A DNA stretch of 63,942 bases, filler included, from Chrysochromulina tobinii (GCA_001275005.1; 9 parts of 9 records of this genome joined end to end with filler, not necessarily neighbours in it); one strand, 5' to 3'. Positions 1 to 10,767 are shown, numbered from the whole stretch's first letter. Translations and numbers: made by a program. The notes: generated by a model not told the origin, from the sequence alone.

Positions 1-297
1 TCTGCCGTCGTTGTCTTGCCGCTGCCTCCGCCGTCCGTGCGAGTGAAGCGCTTTTTTCAATCATGCCGATCATCTGCGGTCCGATCTTGATTTCTTCAAA
101 AAGTTGTCAAACAGCCAAGGCGAAGGTGTATTGGGGGAAATACTTTGCCGCATCAACGGCGGGTCTTGGTTTTCGCTTATTTCCTTTGGGGAATTGTGAC
201 TGTGCAACATGATTCCAGGTTTGCGGCAATCTCCGAATCTCGAAACCACACCACGTTCTCACACTCCACCCCGGGAACCCGCACAGCACTCGCAAAG

Positions 298-434
298 ACC
301 CCCTGGAACGGGCGGAAGGGATTCCGTGGACAGAGCTCCCAGAGCAGGACGCGAGGACGAACCCAGGAACCCCCTGGAACGGGTGGAAGGGATTCCCACA
401 CAGGACAGAGCTCCCAGAGCAGGACGCGAGGACG
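298..434. repeat. Two-copy ~71-75 bp imperfect tandem repeat
   Basis: ACCCCCTGGAACGGGYGGAAGGGATTCC...GGACAGAGCTCCCAGAGCAGGACGCGAGGACG occurs at 298-359 and 369-434. Confidence 0.85.
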
Positions 435-603
435 GACCGGCCAGGTGGACACGAAAGGCCAGGTCTGCCCGCCGTCAAAACGCACCGCAGAACACAATCT
501 CAACCGCGAAGAACCGAAGCGCAGCGAGCGCCGGAGGCGGAGCAGAGGGTGCTTCGTCCTTCGTGTCGCGCTGACCGGTGACCGCTTGTCGCCGCGGGTC
601 CCG

Positions 604-3600
604 TCAGGCCTCGTGCTCGTGCACCAGGTCGAGGAACCTATCAAGCGAGCCGCCCGACGGGCCGAGGAAGAGCTCGGACGCCCAGGCGGGGACTTCCTGG
701 TTGTGCTCTGCCGCGCGCGCCGCGCTGTCGTCGAGGAGTGCGTCGGCAATGGGGGCGGCGGCTTCGTCGGCGGTGACTGTGGAGATGTGCGACCAGGCGA
801 TCCAGGCGGCGGCCGTGGGCGTGTCCACGGTGCCTGTCGGGTACACCTCCACCACACTTACCGGCCGCGGCTGCCGGCGCGAGGGCAGAGCGGGCGCGGC
901 CGATTGAGTGGCGACGCTGCTGGCGGCATCGGTGGCGGAGGAGGTGCGGGTGGGTTGGTGTAGGGCAACTTGGGCCTCGAGCACCATGAGCTCCTCGAGC
1001 AGCTTGGCCGCCGCGTAGAGCTGCCCCCAGCTGCCCCGCGCGAAGAAGGGAGTGATGCCGACGTCCTCACTCGCCGGCTCCGAGGGCACCTGCCAGTAAG
1101 GCGCGCCTGTGAGGAGGTCGATCACACCCTGCCGCACTGCCAGCTGCGACGCGCCGCTGCCCACGACGATGACGCGCGGCTCGCCCTCGGCGCACCACCA
1201 GTAGCCGTCGTCAGCGGCCGCGGAGGAGGCGGGCTGCACATTGGTGAGCAGGCGCAGGAGCTGGCGGTGGGAGGTGAAGTGGACGCGTGCGACTCGCGAG
1301 AGAGGCGCGTCAAGCGTCGCGTTGTACTCCGCATTGCCTGGGCTCGCCGCGAACGTCGCACTGCGCAGGCACGCAGCCGGGCCGGCCGCGTCGAGGGCTG
1401 CACGCACGGCGGCCGTCAGGGTGGCGGGACCTTCGGTGGACGCGAGATCGGCGACGAGGCACGTGGGGCGCAAGACGAGCGTCGCACCGCCAGCGCTGGC
1501 GTCGGTTGCAAGGCGCTGGGCCAGCGCATCGCACTGTGAGGGCGTGTGTGTGGCGAGGAGCACCTGCCGCCCCGCGGCCACAAGGCGAGTCGCGGCCGCG
1601 AGGCCGATGCCTGACGTCCCTCCTGTGATGAGCTCCATGGGGATGGGCACGGCAGGCGCGGTCTGTGGCGACGACGTGACGGGCGGCGGTGAAGAGGCAG
1701 ATATGTCCGCCGCCGAGAGGTCCGCCGCCGCCTGCGCCGCCGCCGCCGCGAGCGTCTCGGCCGGTAGGTCCCAGCCTTGCCCGACATCGCCAAAGAGGGA
1801 GACGGAGCCCTCGACGCATGCCTGCGCTCTCCGGACGGCGTCCACGCCGGCGACCCCGATGAGATTCTCCGGCCGGTCGTCCTCATGCGCGTAGCCTGCG
1901 TACGCTCCACGTGACAAGCCCGCCTCCGACACGCCGGCAGCTATCCATGCCTCGCAGGTCGCGTCGTAGGCCGGCGGCACCGTCGGCTGCGATGCGGCCG
2001 CGTGCCACGGCCGGCCTTGGGCTTCGACGCCATCGCTCATGCATACAAAGGAGAGGAGCGAAGCGGCAGGAGCGTGCGGCCAAGCGGGTGACTCGAAGAT
2101 CGCTCCATCGACTGGCTCGGCTTGGAGATGGCACATTCCGGTGCTGGGGCGATGGGCGGCGGCGAGCACGCGCATCCAGCCAGCGACCCCGAGAGACTCG
2201 ACGGCGGTGGAGCGCCACCACGCGACCGCCTGCGACGAGTTGTAGCGCGTCGCCACCTGCAGCATCGTCGTCAGCCGTAGAAACTCGCCCGTGCGCACCT
2301 GCGGAGCCTCGGACGCATCGAGCCGACGGAAGCGGTGCGAGTGCCATCGAGCGCCCACGAGAGCGCGCCTCTCGCCCTTCGGGTGCTCGATATGCATCTG
2401 GCCGGCGACGCGCGAAATGTCCAAGATGCGCTCAAAGAGGCCGAGGGCTGCGCCCGAGCGCCGCGCTTCCTCGGGCGTTCCCACGAACAGGAACGTGAAC
2501 ATCGCGCTCTCCGAAAACTCGAGGATGAGCGTCCAGCGGCGCTCGTTCTTTACGGCGCGCAAGTTGTCGGCGTGCGCGCGCGCAATAACTTCGAAGGTCG
2601 CCTGCTCTTGAAACTGCAAGTCGGTCAACTCCACGACCCCAAAGCACAGCGCCCCTTCCCACAATCGCAACGTGACGCGCCACACCACGCCGAGAGCCGT
2701 GCGCCCCGCCGTCACCGCCCGATGGAGCGCCGGCTGCTCTCGCCGCCCCCATGTGGCGAGGGTGCCGTTGGGCAGCACGAGCGTGTACGTGAGCACGTTA
2801 TCGACGGCGAGGCCATGCAGTCGACTCGAGAACGTGATCCCTCCAGCCGTCAGCAGCCCCGCCACCCCCACGCCAGCGCAGCCGCCGCCTACCGCGTACA
2901 GCGCCTTGCCGCCGCCGGCCGCAGCAGTGTGCTCCTCAAGCGCGCGGTAAACGTCACCCCAAACGGCGCCGCCTTCAACGTCGGCCACCCACGATGACGC
3001 TCCGCCCTCGTCAGCCATCTCGCCCGCCGCCGCGCGTCGCACGGTGACGCGCCGCCACGCCTTCATGTCGACCGTCAGCCCAGAAGGCGCGAGGCTATGG
3101 GCCGTGGGCGCGTGGCCACCGTTGCGAACGGCAACGCGCGCGCCAGCGAGGCGCGCGACGCGCAGAGCGGATGCCACGTCCGCGGACGAGGCGGGCGAGA
3201 GCACAGCCCGCGGCCGGCGCGCACCCTGCAAACGAAAGTTCCACGCCGTCACCGCGTCCTCGAAGCGATCGCCATCGCCTTCGCACGTGAGGCGTGCGCT
3301 CGGCGAGACGGCAGCGAACAGGCCAGGGCACAGGGCGAGGCGTGTGACCGGGAGGACGGGTGCAGACGTGATTGGTGGTGCCCAAGTGCTCGGCAGGACG
3401 CGCGGTGCCGCCGGCGGCAGTGGTGACGACTGATGGGCGTCTAAGCGAGCGAAGGGGACAGGCACGCCGCCAGAGCTGCGTGATTGGTGAGGATGCGACC
3501 TCAGCGCGAGCCACACGCCGAGCGCGCCCATGCCGAGGCCTAGAAGGCACACCGTCAGAAGCGTCCACATGCGGCACGTGCGCCTGCTGCCGCCTGGCAG

Positions 3601-3729
3601 CACGCTGGTTGACACATCCGGCTCTCCTTCAACGGCACCATACTTGATGCGGGCGCCCTTTTTGACCCAGGGGCCGATGACGCGGTAGGGTGGGTAGCGC
3701 AGCTTGCTCGAGGTGATAGGGGCGGGCAT
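604..3729 (-). CDS. Membrane-anchored FAD-linked oxidoreductase (berberine-bridge/FAD_binding_4 type) fused to a C-terminal short-chain dehydrogenase
   Basis: FAD domain motifs RPRAVLSPASSADV, VRNGGH, VEGGAVWGDVY, GGGCAGVGVAG and HGLAVDNV. SDR motifs ITGGTSGIG, VGSGAS and YAAAK. Hydrophobic segment WTLLTVCLLGLGMGALGVWLAL near the N-terminus. Start codon uncertain (ATG at 3729 or 3774). Confidence 0.8.
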   Translation of the reverse strand: MPAPITSSKLRYPPYRVIGPWVKKGARIKYGAVEGEPDVSTSVLPGGSRRTCRMWTLLTVCLLGLGMGALGVWLALRSHPHQSRSSGGVPVPFARLDAHQSSPLPPAAPRVLPSTWAPPITSAPVLPVTRLALCPGLFAAVSPSARLTCEGDGDRFEDAVTAWNFRLQGARRPRAVLSPASSADVASALRVARLAGARVAVRNGGHAPTAHSLAPSGLTVDMKAWRRVTVRRAAAGEMADEGGASSWVADVEGGAVWGDVYRALEEHTAAAGGGKALYAVGGGCAGVGVAGLLTAGGITFSSRLHGLAVDNVLTYTLVLPNGTLATWGRREQPALHRAVTAGRTALGVVWRVTLRLWEGALCFGVVELTDLQFQEQATFEVIARAHADNLRAVKNERRWTLILEFSESAMFTFLFVGTPEEARRSGAALGLFERILDISRVAGQMHIEHPKGERRALVGARWHSHRFRRLDASEAPQVRTGEFLRLTTMLQVATRYNSSQAVAWWRSTAVESLGVAGWMRVLAAAHRPSTGMCHLQAEPVDGAIFESPAWPHAPAASLLSFVCMSDGVEAQGRPWHAAASQPTVPPAYDATCEAWIAAGVSEAGLSRGAYAGYAHEDDRPENLIGVAGVDAVRRAQACVEGSVSLFGDVGQGWDLPAETLAAAAAQAAADLSAADISASSPPPVTSSPQTAPAVPIPMELITGGTSGIGLAAATRLVAAGRQVLLATHTPSQCDALAQRLATDASAGGATLVLRPTCLVADLASTEGPATLTAAVRAALDAAGPAACLRSATFAASPGNAEYNATLDAPLSRVARVHFTSHRQLLRLLTNVQPASSAAADDGYWWCAEGEPRVIVVGSGASQLAVRQGVIDLLTGAPYWQVPSEPASEDVGITPFFARGSWGQLYAAAKLLEELMVLEAQVALHQPTRTSSATDAASSVATQSAAPALPSRRQPRPVSVVEVYPTGTVDTPTAAAWIAWSHISTVTADEAAAPIADALLDDSAARAAEHNQEVPAWASELFLGPSGGSLDRFLDLVHEHEA

Positions 3730-4360
3730 CGGAGTTCCCGCTGGCTCCAGGGTCTCGGCGCCCAAGTCACGCATCTTTCCCCTCTTTTGAGCAAAAACAC
3801 CACAAGGTTCGCTCGGCGAATCCAACAGTTTCCCCACAAGCGGCATACAGTATGGATACGAAGTCCTCGCTTTACATTTCGCAAATGGGCTGGAAGGAAG
3901 GAGGGGCCACTGCCGCGAAGTGCTCGCTCGGCGAGAGCATTTCACATGTATTCTTCACGATGAGAACGGTCCGCCGAAAACGTTGAGCGAAAAGTGTCGA
4001 TGGCGCCGTATCGGCAAGGGCGTATCGGTCGCCTCTCGGTCGCCCCCCCAAGCTGAGAACCTGAGTCATAGTGTCATACATGTAACAAAGACACAGCGGA
4101 CGGGCCAAAGGACCCGGACGAACGTACATGTACGTACATACGATACGAGATAGGGAAGGGAGGGTGGGGTCCACTTCGCACTCGGTCTCGACGGACGACG
4201 CCAGCACGGTAGGCAAGGCGAAGCGCCACGCTGACGAGACTCGAGAGCACAGCTGCCTATAAGCTGCCTGCAGGCCACGATCACTCGGAAGATAAGAAAC
4301 ACTTGGAGAGTGGTCCGTGCGAGCTGTCCGACGCGGCGCAAATATGATAAGTACAGCTTC

Positions 4361-4645
4361 GGGGGGAAGCCGGGACACGGGGACCCCGCGGGGGGTCGGG
4401 CCGAATGCCGGGACCATGGCCGGGACGACACTTCGGTGTCCGTTCCGCGGCGGGACAGGGAACACCGAAGGTGGAAGGAACAGCGCAACAGGAACAGCGA
4501 ACGTATGTAAGCCGGCTCTTAGCCGGCTCGTAACTGCTCCGCAATAGCGCCAAAATACGAATCGTGCGTCGCGGGCTACCCCGTTTCGTTTTTCGTTCCG
4601 GTCTTGGCACCCCGCAAAACTTCGTCGTGACGTGTCCGCCTCAAC
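4361..4645. repeat. Dispersed structured repeat, copy 1 (~285 bp)
   Basis: Aligns with 8966-9260. Starts GGGGGGAAGCCGGGACAC, ends CCGCCTCAACC, and has an internal stem CTTCGGTGT...ACACCGAAG. Confidence 0.85.
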
Positions 4646-4734
4646 CACACTGATGGGTTTGGGGGCACTGGAGTGTGCGTGGGGGTGCGTTTTATGAGCC
4701 TGCCAAGCGGGAGGGCGCGAGGATTCAATGGTGA

Positions 4735-5075
4735 CCCGTCAGACGAATCGATATGAGTACCGGACGGTCTGCAAGGAGGACCAAAGGCTGAGCCCATACA
4801 TGGCCGAATGGCTTCTCGCGTGGGGAGCCTCGATGAACATCCAGCGCTGCACCGGCGCGGCGTTGATGCACTACACCGCGAAGTTAACCGCGAAGTACGT
4901 TGCCAAACCCGAGAAACCTGGCTTCATCCACAACAACGTGAGCGAGCGCGAGCGCCACGCCCTGCAACGCACGCAGATTCACTTCCTCAACGGGCGCGTC
5001 GTGGGCTTAGTCGTGGGCATGCCGGAGGCGGTACAGCGCACGTGGGGCTTCAACATGAGTGCGGGCATGGGTGTT
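4735..5075 (+). mobile_element. Helitron Rep (HUH endonuclease) C-terminal fragment, degenerate
   Basis: LSPYMAEWLLAWGASMNIQRC...HYTAK(LTAK)YVAKPE...RVVG..PEA..WGF resembles the Helitron PYxxxLLxxWxAxMNIQ / YxxKYxxK / RxxxxxEA region. No helicase present. Confidence 0.7.
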
Positions 5076-5270
5076 ACTCACCATTGTGTACGTGTGATTA
5101 CTAACACACACGAGTGACACGGTGACAGAAAACCCCACCGTATGACGAAACATTGACGAGTCACACGTTTGCATGCTTGTGATGACATGCTCGATTCCAC
5201 GTGAATGACAAGTTGAGCGCCACACAAGTTACAATTTCTTTGGCTTTTTAGGGGACAAAATTGCCACTTG

Positions 5271-6269
5271 ATGCAGCCCATGCTCGTCGTCGGCTTATTC
5301 GTGCTCCTCAGCGTGGCACTGCAGAGTCCCGATGCGCTCTCGTTGACAGGAACTCCCAAACCGGGGCTCGCTCCACACGCGCCGGCACCAGCACCGGCAC
5401 CGGTGCAAGCACCTGCAACGCACTCGCGTGCGCTCGCTGCCATAGTAAGCTTTTTCGTGCATGCCCCCAAACCACCTGGTAAGGCACCACGCGCCATACA
5501 AATGTCTGGAATAGGCGAGTTTGCCCTCCAGAACCATGATAGCTACGCTCGCCGGCATGGGTATTTGCACCTGACGCAGGCGAATCTCTCAACAGTCAAG
5601 GCTAGACAGTATGTTGCGATGATAACCCCGCCATCTTGGGCAAAACTCTGGCTGTTGATGGAGCTGTTCACTGATGAGCGGTTCGCATCGGTCAAGTACT
5701 GGGCATGGCTGGATGCAGATGCCTTTGTTGTTCGTCACGACTGGACTCTCCAGAGTGTCTTCAAGCGCGCAAATGGGAAGCCTGGCTGCGGTGTTATCGT
5801 CGGCTGGGATATCGGCTACGATGACAAGGCTAAAACTTGGCTGTCAGAGACGGAGCGAGTCGGTGGCTCACACAATATGACAGCAGCGCGTCCCTTCTTC
5901 CGGTATATTTTCAACGCCGGCGTGATGCTTTTGCGCAACGAGCTTAGCACTATTGATCTTTTGACACGTGCCATGGACATGGCTGTGCATGTGCGCTATC
6001 GTTCGGATTGGGAGCAGGGCGCGTTTACTGATCTGTACCTCGATCACCTTTATGTCCGAAAGGCTCTTTGCCCTGTCGACCGCCACCTACTGCAAGGCAT
6101 GGTGAGGCTTCCTGAGGACCGCGCACTGGTGGATAAGGCACACGTTTGGGTTGCACACCTAACAGGCGCAAATCTGGACAAGTCGGGAGTGCAGGCGCTC
6201 CTCAGCGGTGCTTACCAACGCCGGATGAATTACAGCAAAGGGTCGCGCGCCGTCCTCCCGTCCCAATAA
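5271..6269 (+). CDS. GT34 / GMA12-MNN10-like glycosyltransferase with N-terminal signal or anchor
   Basis: PPSWAKLWLL, YWAWLDADAFV (DxD), FNAGVMLLRN and WEQGAF motifs; hydrophobic N-terminus followed by a Pro/Ala stem. Confidence 0.85.
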   Translation: MQPMLVVGLFVLLSVALQSPDALSLTGTPKPGLAPHAPAPAPAPVQAPATHSRALAAIVSFFVHAPKPPGKAPRAIQMSGIGEFALQNHDSYARRHGYLHLTQANLSTVKARQYVAMITPPSWAKLWLLMELFTDERFASVKYWAWLDADAFVVRHDWTLQSVFKRANGKPGCGVIVGWDIGYDDKAKTWLSETERVGGSHNMTAARPFFRYIFNAGVMLLRNELSTIDLLTRAMDMAVHVRYRSDWEQGAFTDLYLDHLYVRKALCPVDRHLLQGMVRLPEDRALVDKAHVWVAHLTGANLDKSGVQALLSGAYQRRMNYSKGSRAVLPSQ

Positions 6270-6393
6270 CGTGTAAATAACTTGCGCCACAGCTAGCGCC
6301 CCGCGCTGGAGCCCGGAACCGACACGGGGAGCGAGGACGAGGACAGCTCCGAAGAGGAGCCCGAGCACGAGGCCGAGCGGCGCCCCCGAGCAC

Positions 6394-6460
6394 AGGGTGT
6401 ACGTACGCTCCCCGAGCACGAGGCCCCCGAGCGGCGCCCCAAGGAGCGTACGTACACCCT
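6394..6460. repeat. Perfect 18-bp inverted repeat with 31-nt spacer
   Basis: AGGGTGTACGTACGCTCC (6394-6411) and GGAGCGTACGTACACCCT (6443-6460), lying among CCCGAGCAC short repeats. Confidence 0.9.
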
Positions 6461-7090
6461 CGGCGCATCATGATCGCGCGCCCCAAGCTCATCGGCGTTG
6501 AGCTCTGCCGTGCGTCTACGACCGTGCGAGCGCGTCTGTGGGCTGACGCTCATGGCTCGGCATGGGTGTGAGCTCTGACGTAGTGAGCTCGCAGTTGAGG
6601 CTTAAGCTTCCGATCGGATACATGAACATGGAGCTTGTAGGACGGTCGGATGTGAGTAACGTTTTGCTTAACAATTCGGAATTACCGGCCGAGAGCTATA
6701 GACCGGGCCTAAAGCGCAGTACTCGAAATCCGAATGCCGCATCAGGTCTTCAAGTTCAAATTGTCGATATCCAACTGACCCGGCTCCCGGGCATGGCGGT
6801 CGCATGGCGGGGCTCGAGGCGCGCCGAGCCCGTCGACGCGTGGCGCTCACCCATGGATTTCACACCGTCACACGCAGCATGACACACAGTTCATAATTAA
6901 GTCGGCCATGCAATCTCCGCGCGCCCCATATCGTCTTCGACAACGCACATGCACCCCCTCGGACACATCTCCATCGTAATGCACCGAGTGGTGCGAAGCC
7001 CCAGCCCGGCTGCCGACGCGGTGACAGCACCTCGCTCGACACGTGCTGTGCCAAGGGCAGATCGAAACGCTCCTGGCCCAGAAGACGTAC

Positions 7091-8443
7091 TCAGACGTGG
7101 TCTCTGACATTATCGTTGTCATTGGAGAATTCCAGCAGCTTGTCGATCCTTGACAGCGAGAGCGTCAGCAAGGCCGACTCGCAGTCATTGACGCCGTACG
7201 AGAAGTGGAAGCTTGGCCCTTGGCGGAAGCCGCCCATCACAAACTGCACACCGTCGCAGACAGCGTGGCGCTCCGTCACGACTCGCGCGTCACCCTCGCC
7301 CCTGCTCTCCAAGGATGGCAAGCACAGCTCGCGCGAGAAGCGCCGGATGCTCAGCTTCGTCTCGTCAATCGTGAAAAAGATCTGCCGGTAAGAGGAGCCG
7401 AACTCGTACGGCCCCTTCTCGTCCGCACGTGGCAGGTAATGGACGTGGCCCACGGCGAGATACGCGTTGAATTCCTCTACCCAGATTGGATGGATTGAGT
7501 TGTGCACCTCGGTCGAGAAGCTCCTTGGCGCGCGCCGCTGCCTGAGCATGACGGGTTGTCGCATGTTGTCCAACCTGTTGTCCATGTCTCCCGTCTCGAG
7601 CTCCTGTGGGCTGAGAGGCACCGACCAAAAGGTCGTCTTTGGAGCTATGTCCACCAGCTCAACCGCTGTGCCGTTCCGTAGCAAAAGCACCCCTCCATTG
7701 CGTGGCGCTTTGAGTTGATGCATCCCAGAGTCGGTGCGGCCGGTGGCGTTCCTGTTCGTGTGCCTCATCCTGACCTCGAACGTGACATTGTGCTCGCCGC
7801 GCCCGTCCATCTCTCTCTCGGCCGTCCTCCTCGTTATCCACGGCCTGGGTGGCCGCGTCAGATTCAAAGGCGTGAGGAAGTAGCCAAGTCGCTTATGGCA
7901 GTGGCTCGGCATGTAGTTGGCGTACGCTAAGAATATGGCACTGCTGTTCTCCAGCCTGAGCAAGCGGCTGTCGGAGATTCGGTTGGCTCCTCTGATGCAG
8001 CCCTCACTCCGCGCGAGCGAGCGGCCAAGTATGCGAAAGTCGCGGTCCAGCAGCGACAGACGCGTCTCACCGACGGGGCTACCGCTACTCTCAGTGAGGT
8101 GATCCACTTTTCCTAGGAACTTATGCACGTTCGGATTGTGGCACGGAACCAGATTGTTGTTTCGGTGGTACCGATCAGCAGCCAGGTACGCAGGCGGCCT
8201 CAATAAATTCAAGCCTGCAGGAAGCAAGCTCGCATCGACCGGCACGATCGAAGGGTTGAAGCCCAGGCCAAGCAGCGGCATGACCGAGCAGTTGACCGTC
8301 GGGAGGAGCTGCGATGGCTCAAAGGCCACCGTGTCTTTGAGGATCATGCACGGCAGCAGCATGCCCGGACAAACGTTGCCGGCTCTGCCGAGGCCGTTGC
8401 ACGCGCTGCTCTCGTAGTGCTCCGCATGGTACTTGCGAGGCAT
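7091..8443 (-). CDS. Five-bladed beta-propeller glyco-enzyme-like protein (GH130/GH43-fold or beta-mannosyltransferase-like)
   Basis: 450-aa ORF with DSRLL, YLAVGHVH, FFTIDE...FSRELC, GVQFVMG and a C-terminal FSYGVNDCES motif typical of this fold. Exact family uncertain. Confidence 0.55.
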   Translation of the reverse strand: MPRKYHAEHYESSACNGLGRAGNVCPGMLLPCMILKDTVAFEPSQLLPTVNCSVMPLLGLGFNPSIVPVDASLLPAGLNLLRPPAYLAADRYHRNNNLVPCHNPNVHKFLGKVDHLTESSGSPVGETRLSLLDRDFRILGRSLARSEGCIRGANRISDSRLLRLENSSAIFLAYANYMPSHCHKRLGYFLTPLNLTRPPRPWITRRTAEREMDGRGEHNVTFEVRMRHTNRNATGRTDSGMHQLKAPRNGGVLLLRNGTAVELVDIAPKTTFWSVPLSPQELETGDMDNRLDNMRQPVMLRQRRAPRSFSTEVHNSIHPIWVEEFNAYLAVGHVHYLPRADEKGPYEFGSSYRQIFFTIDETKLSIRRFSRELCLPSLESRGEGDARVVTERHAVCDGVQFVMGGFRQGPSFHFSYGVNDCESALLTLSLSRIDKLLEFSNDNDNVRDHV

Positions 8444-8965
8444 CGCGCGACGACGCGCAACGATACGGAAACTTCATGTGACCTCAGTTCATGCATGCAC
8501 GGTCCAGGGTAGTTAATCACATACGTGGGGGGGGGGGCTGTTACATGTAGTTGGTCTGTTTATTTATAGCTCACAAAAGCGAGCAACGTGGTCCGTGGCC
8601 GTTCGGCGCGTTCCTTCGCGTGAGTGTACTGGTTCCTCTAGTTGCGGTTCAGCCGTCAACGCCGCCTCGGCCGTCACGAATTCCGCAGGGGGGCCAATCA
8701 AGATGGACCAGGTCTATTGTTGGTGGAGAAGCTGCTCCATGGCGCGCAGCTTGCAGCGGATCACGAGCGTTCGCAGCCAGACCATAAGCCAGACCAAGGC
8801 CGCCTCTTTGATTTAGCTCCCGATGCCGACCCTCTTTACGGGCCATTGATGACTGCATGTGACTCCGGCCGAGACGCGGGGTGCCCAACAGTGCTTATCC
8901 TGTTGTTCTCCACGTGAGTATGGTCGAGGGGGGAAGGGTGGCAACGCTCGGCGGCTCGTTAGCCC

Positions 8966-9260
8966 GGGGGGAAGCCGGGACACGGGGACCCCGCGGGGGG
9001 TAGGGCCGAATGCCAACGAATGCCGGGACGACACTTCGGTGTCCGTTCCGCGGCGGGACAGGGGACACCGAAGGAATAACCGAAGGAACAGGGCAACAGC
9101 GGAACTTTTGTAACATACATGTAAGCCGGCTCATTAAACTGCTCCGCAATAGCGCCAAAACGAATCGTGCGTCGCGGGAACTTGGACGTCTACCCCGTTT
9201 CGTTTTTCGTTCCGGTCTCGGCACCCCGCAAAACTTCGTTAAGACGTTTCCGCCTCAACC
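8966..9260. repeat. Dispersed structured repeat, copy 2 (~295 bp)
   Basis: Same orientation as 4361-4645. Perfect 11-bp stem CTTCGGTGTCC/GGACACCGAAG. Confidence 0.85.
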
Positions 9261-9368
9261 TGCTTTTTACCTACAGTTTACCCTAACCCGAACCCTCAGA
9301 AGACGTGAAAATCAATCATCAAGATTCGCCCCATCTTGGAACGCGCGCGGCGGCACGCGCGCCTGCCG

Positions 9369-10767
9369 TCACCCCGAACTCCGTCCACGTAGTGATGACA
9401 TGCATGTGCTCATCCATTCTGTGATCACCTCCAGATCTGATCTGTTCAGTGGTGGTGCATCCCATGCGAGGGCGATAATGTCACGCGCCCCTGTTGAGAG
9501 CTTGCCCCACACGCCCGCAAGCGAGGTCCTTTTATGAGGGGTATGGACATCATGCAGCAGGGTCCTATCCAGAGAAGTCATCTTAGTCTGCTTGATGCCG
9601 GCCATGGGAGACTTGAAAGCCTCCAGCGCACGCCCAATAGCCAAACGGTGCGTCCGCCAATGTAGCCTTGGATTCCAAGACAGTATGCGGCTATGCGGCG
9701 TCTCTCGCCATGGTTCACTGCCGTTTGTATCGAGCCAAAGCGAAACCTCGACCACGCACGCATTACGAGGGATGAAGATATTGTTGGCTAGGCCAGCGCC
9801 GTGGTACCCTAGGACCGCGTCTGCCCTCGCAAACAGCTCCATCGTCGAGATTGCGTCCTCGGTACCATTGAAAACTACGAGCTCCGCTGGCCGAGCTTGC
9901 TCCTGTGCGTAGACGGAACCGAGGGCGTTGCTGGATCGAAGCCAGCCACGCAGGGCGGCGAGTATTTCAGGCATGTTCGTCCAGCGGCGAGAGCGTAGGC
10001 GCTCTAAGAGCAGTATGACGCCCGTACGAGGCGCTTCTGCGAAGTGGCTCACTCGCAGCAGGTGCACGTGGAGACCCCATGACACATGCCGCAGCTGCTG
10101 TGCTGCTGTCGCCATGAACGTGATGGCATCTGCAGCTGTCGTGGCCGAAAACGTGCTCGGATCTGCGGCAGCGAGGGACCCCTGTTTGCCAATCTGAGAA
10201 TCGCTGCAGCGCGATCCGTCAAAGACACGCACCCGTGGTGCCGCAAGCGCTGTCAGCGAGGTAAGAAGGATGCCCGCATCCGCCCGTACGCACGCTGTAT
10301 GATTGATCGCCCCGCTCGCGTGCTCGCCAGCGAGCACAAACTTGTCGTACCTGTGCATGGATCGCGCATATTCATTGCTATGGACGTGCAGGTGCTCGTG
10401 CATGGGCGTGTGCGTGTGCGTGTTGCGCTGGGCTTGGGGCGTTCGGGCCTTCTGGAGCCGCACGGTCGTGCTCATCGATTTCGGCACGCATGGTCATCCT
10501 CCTGGAGCCGCAATCTCCCAAGAACTTGTCCGTCAGGCGTGGGATGTTCTGAAAGGTGGTATAAGTGGTGCTCCCATTGCATGGACGCATGGCACCGCGG
10601 GCATGGGTTGCAAAGGTGATCGCCATCATGTGAGGAAGGTGATCGCCAACAACCGTATCTTACATGGGGAGGAGGCAGTCGATGAGTGTGTGGAAATAGA
10701 GCCCTCGATATGGATGATGGCAGCGCATGTCAATGATCAAGCTACATTCTGTTGGACAAGACGCCAT
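9369..10767 (-). CDS. GT61 (DUF563) glycosyltransferase, two exons (10767-10664 and 10350-9369)
   Basis: RSRRWTN and MELFARADAVLGYHGAGLANNIF...VVEV. The GTAAG...CACAG intron (10663-10351) joins YFHTLIDCLLP-M-YDKF in frame. Start could also be 10866. Confidence 0.8.

Noticed and set aside
9281..9296. Telomere-like CCCTAACCCGAACCCT
   Set aside because: Fewer than three degenerate units; too short to support an interstitial telomere.
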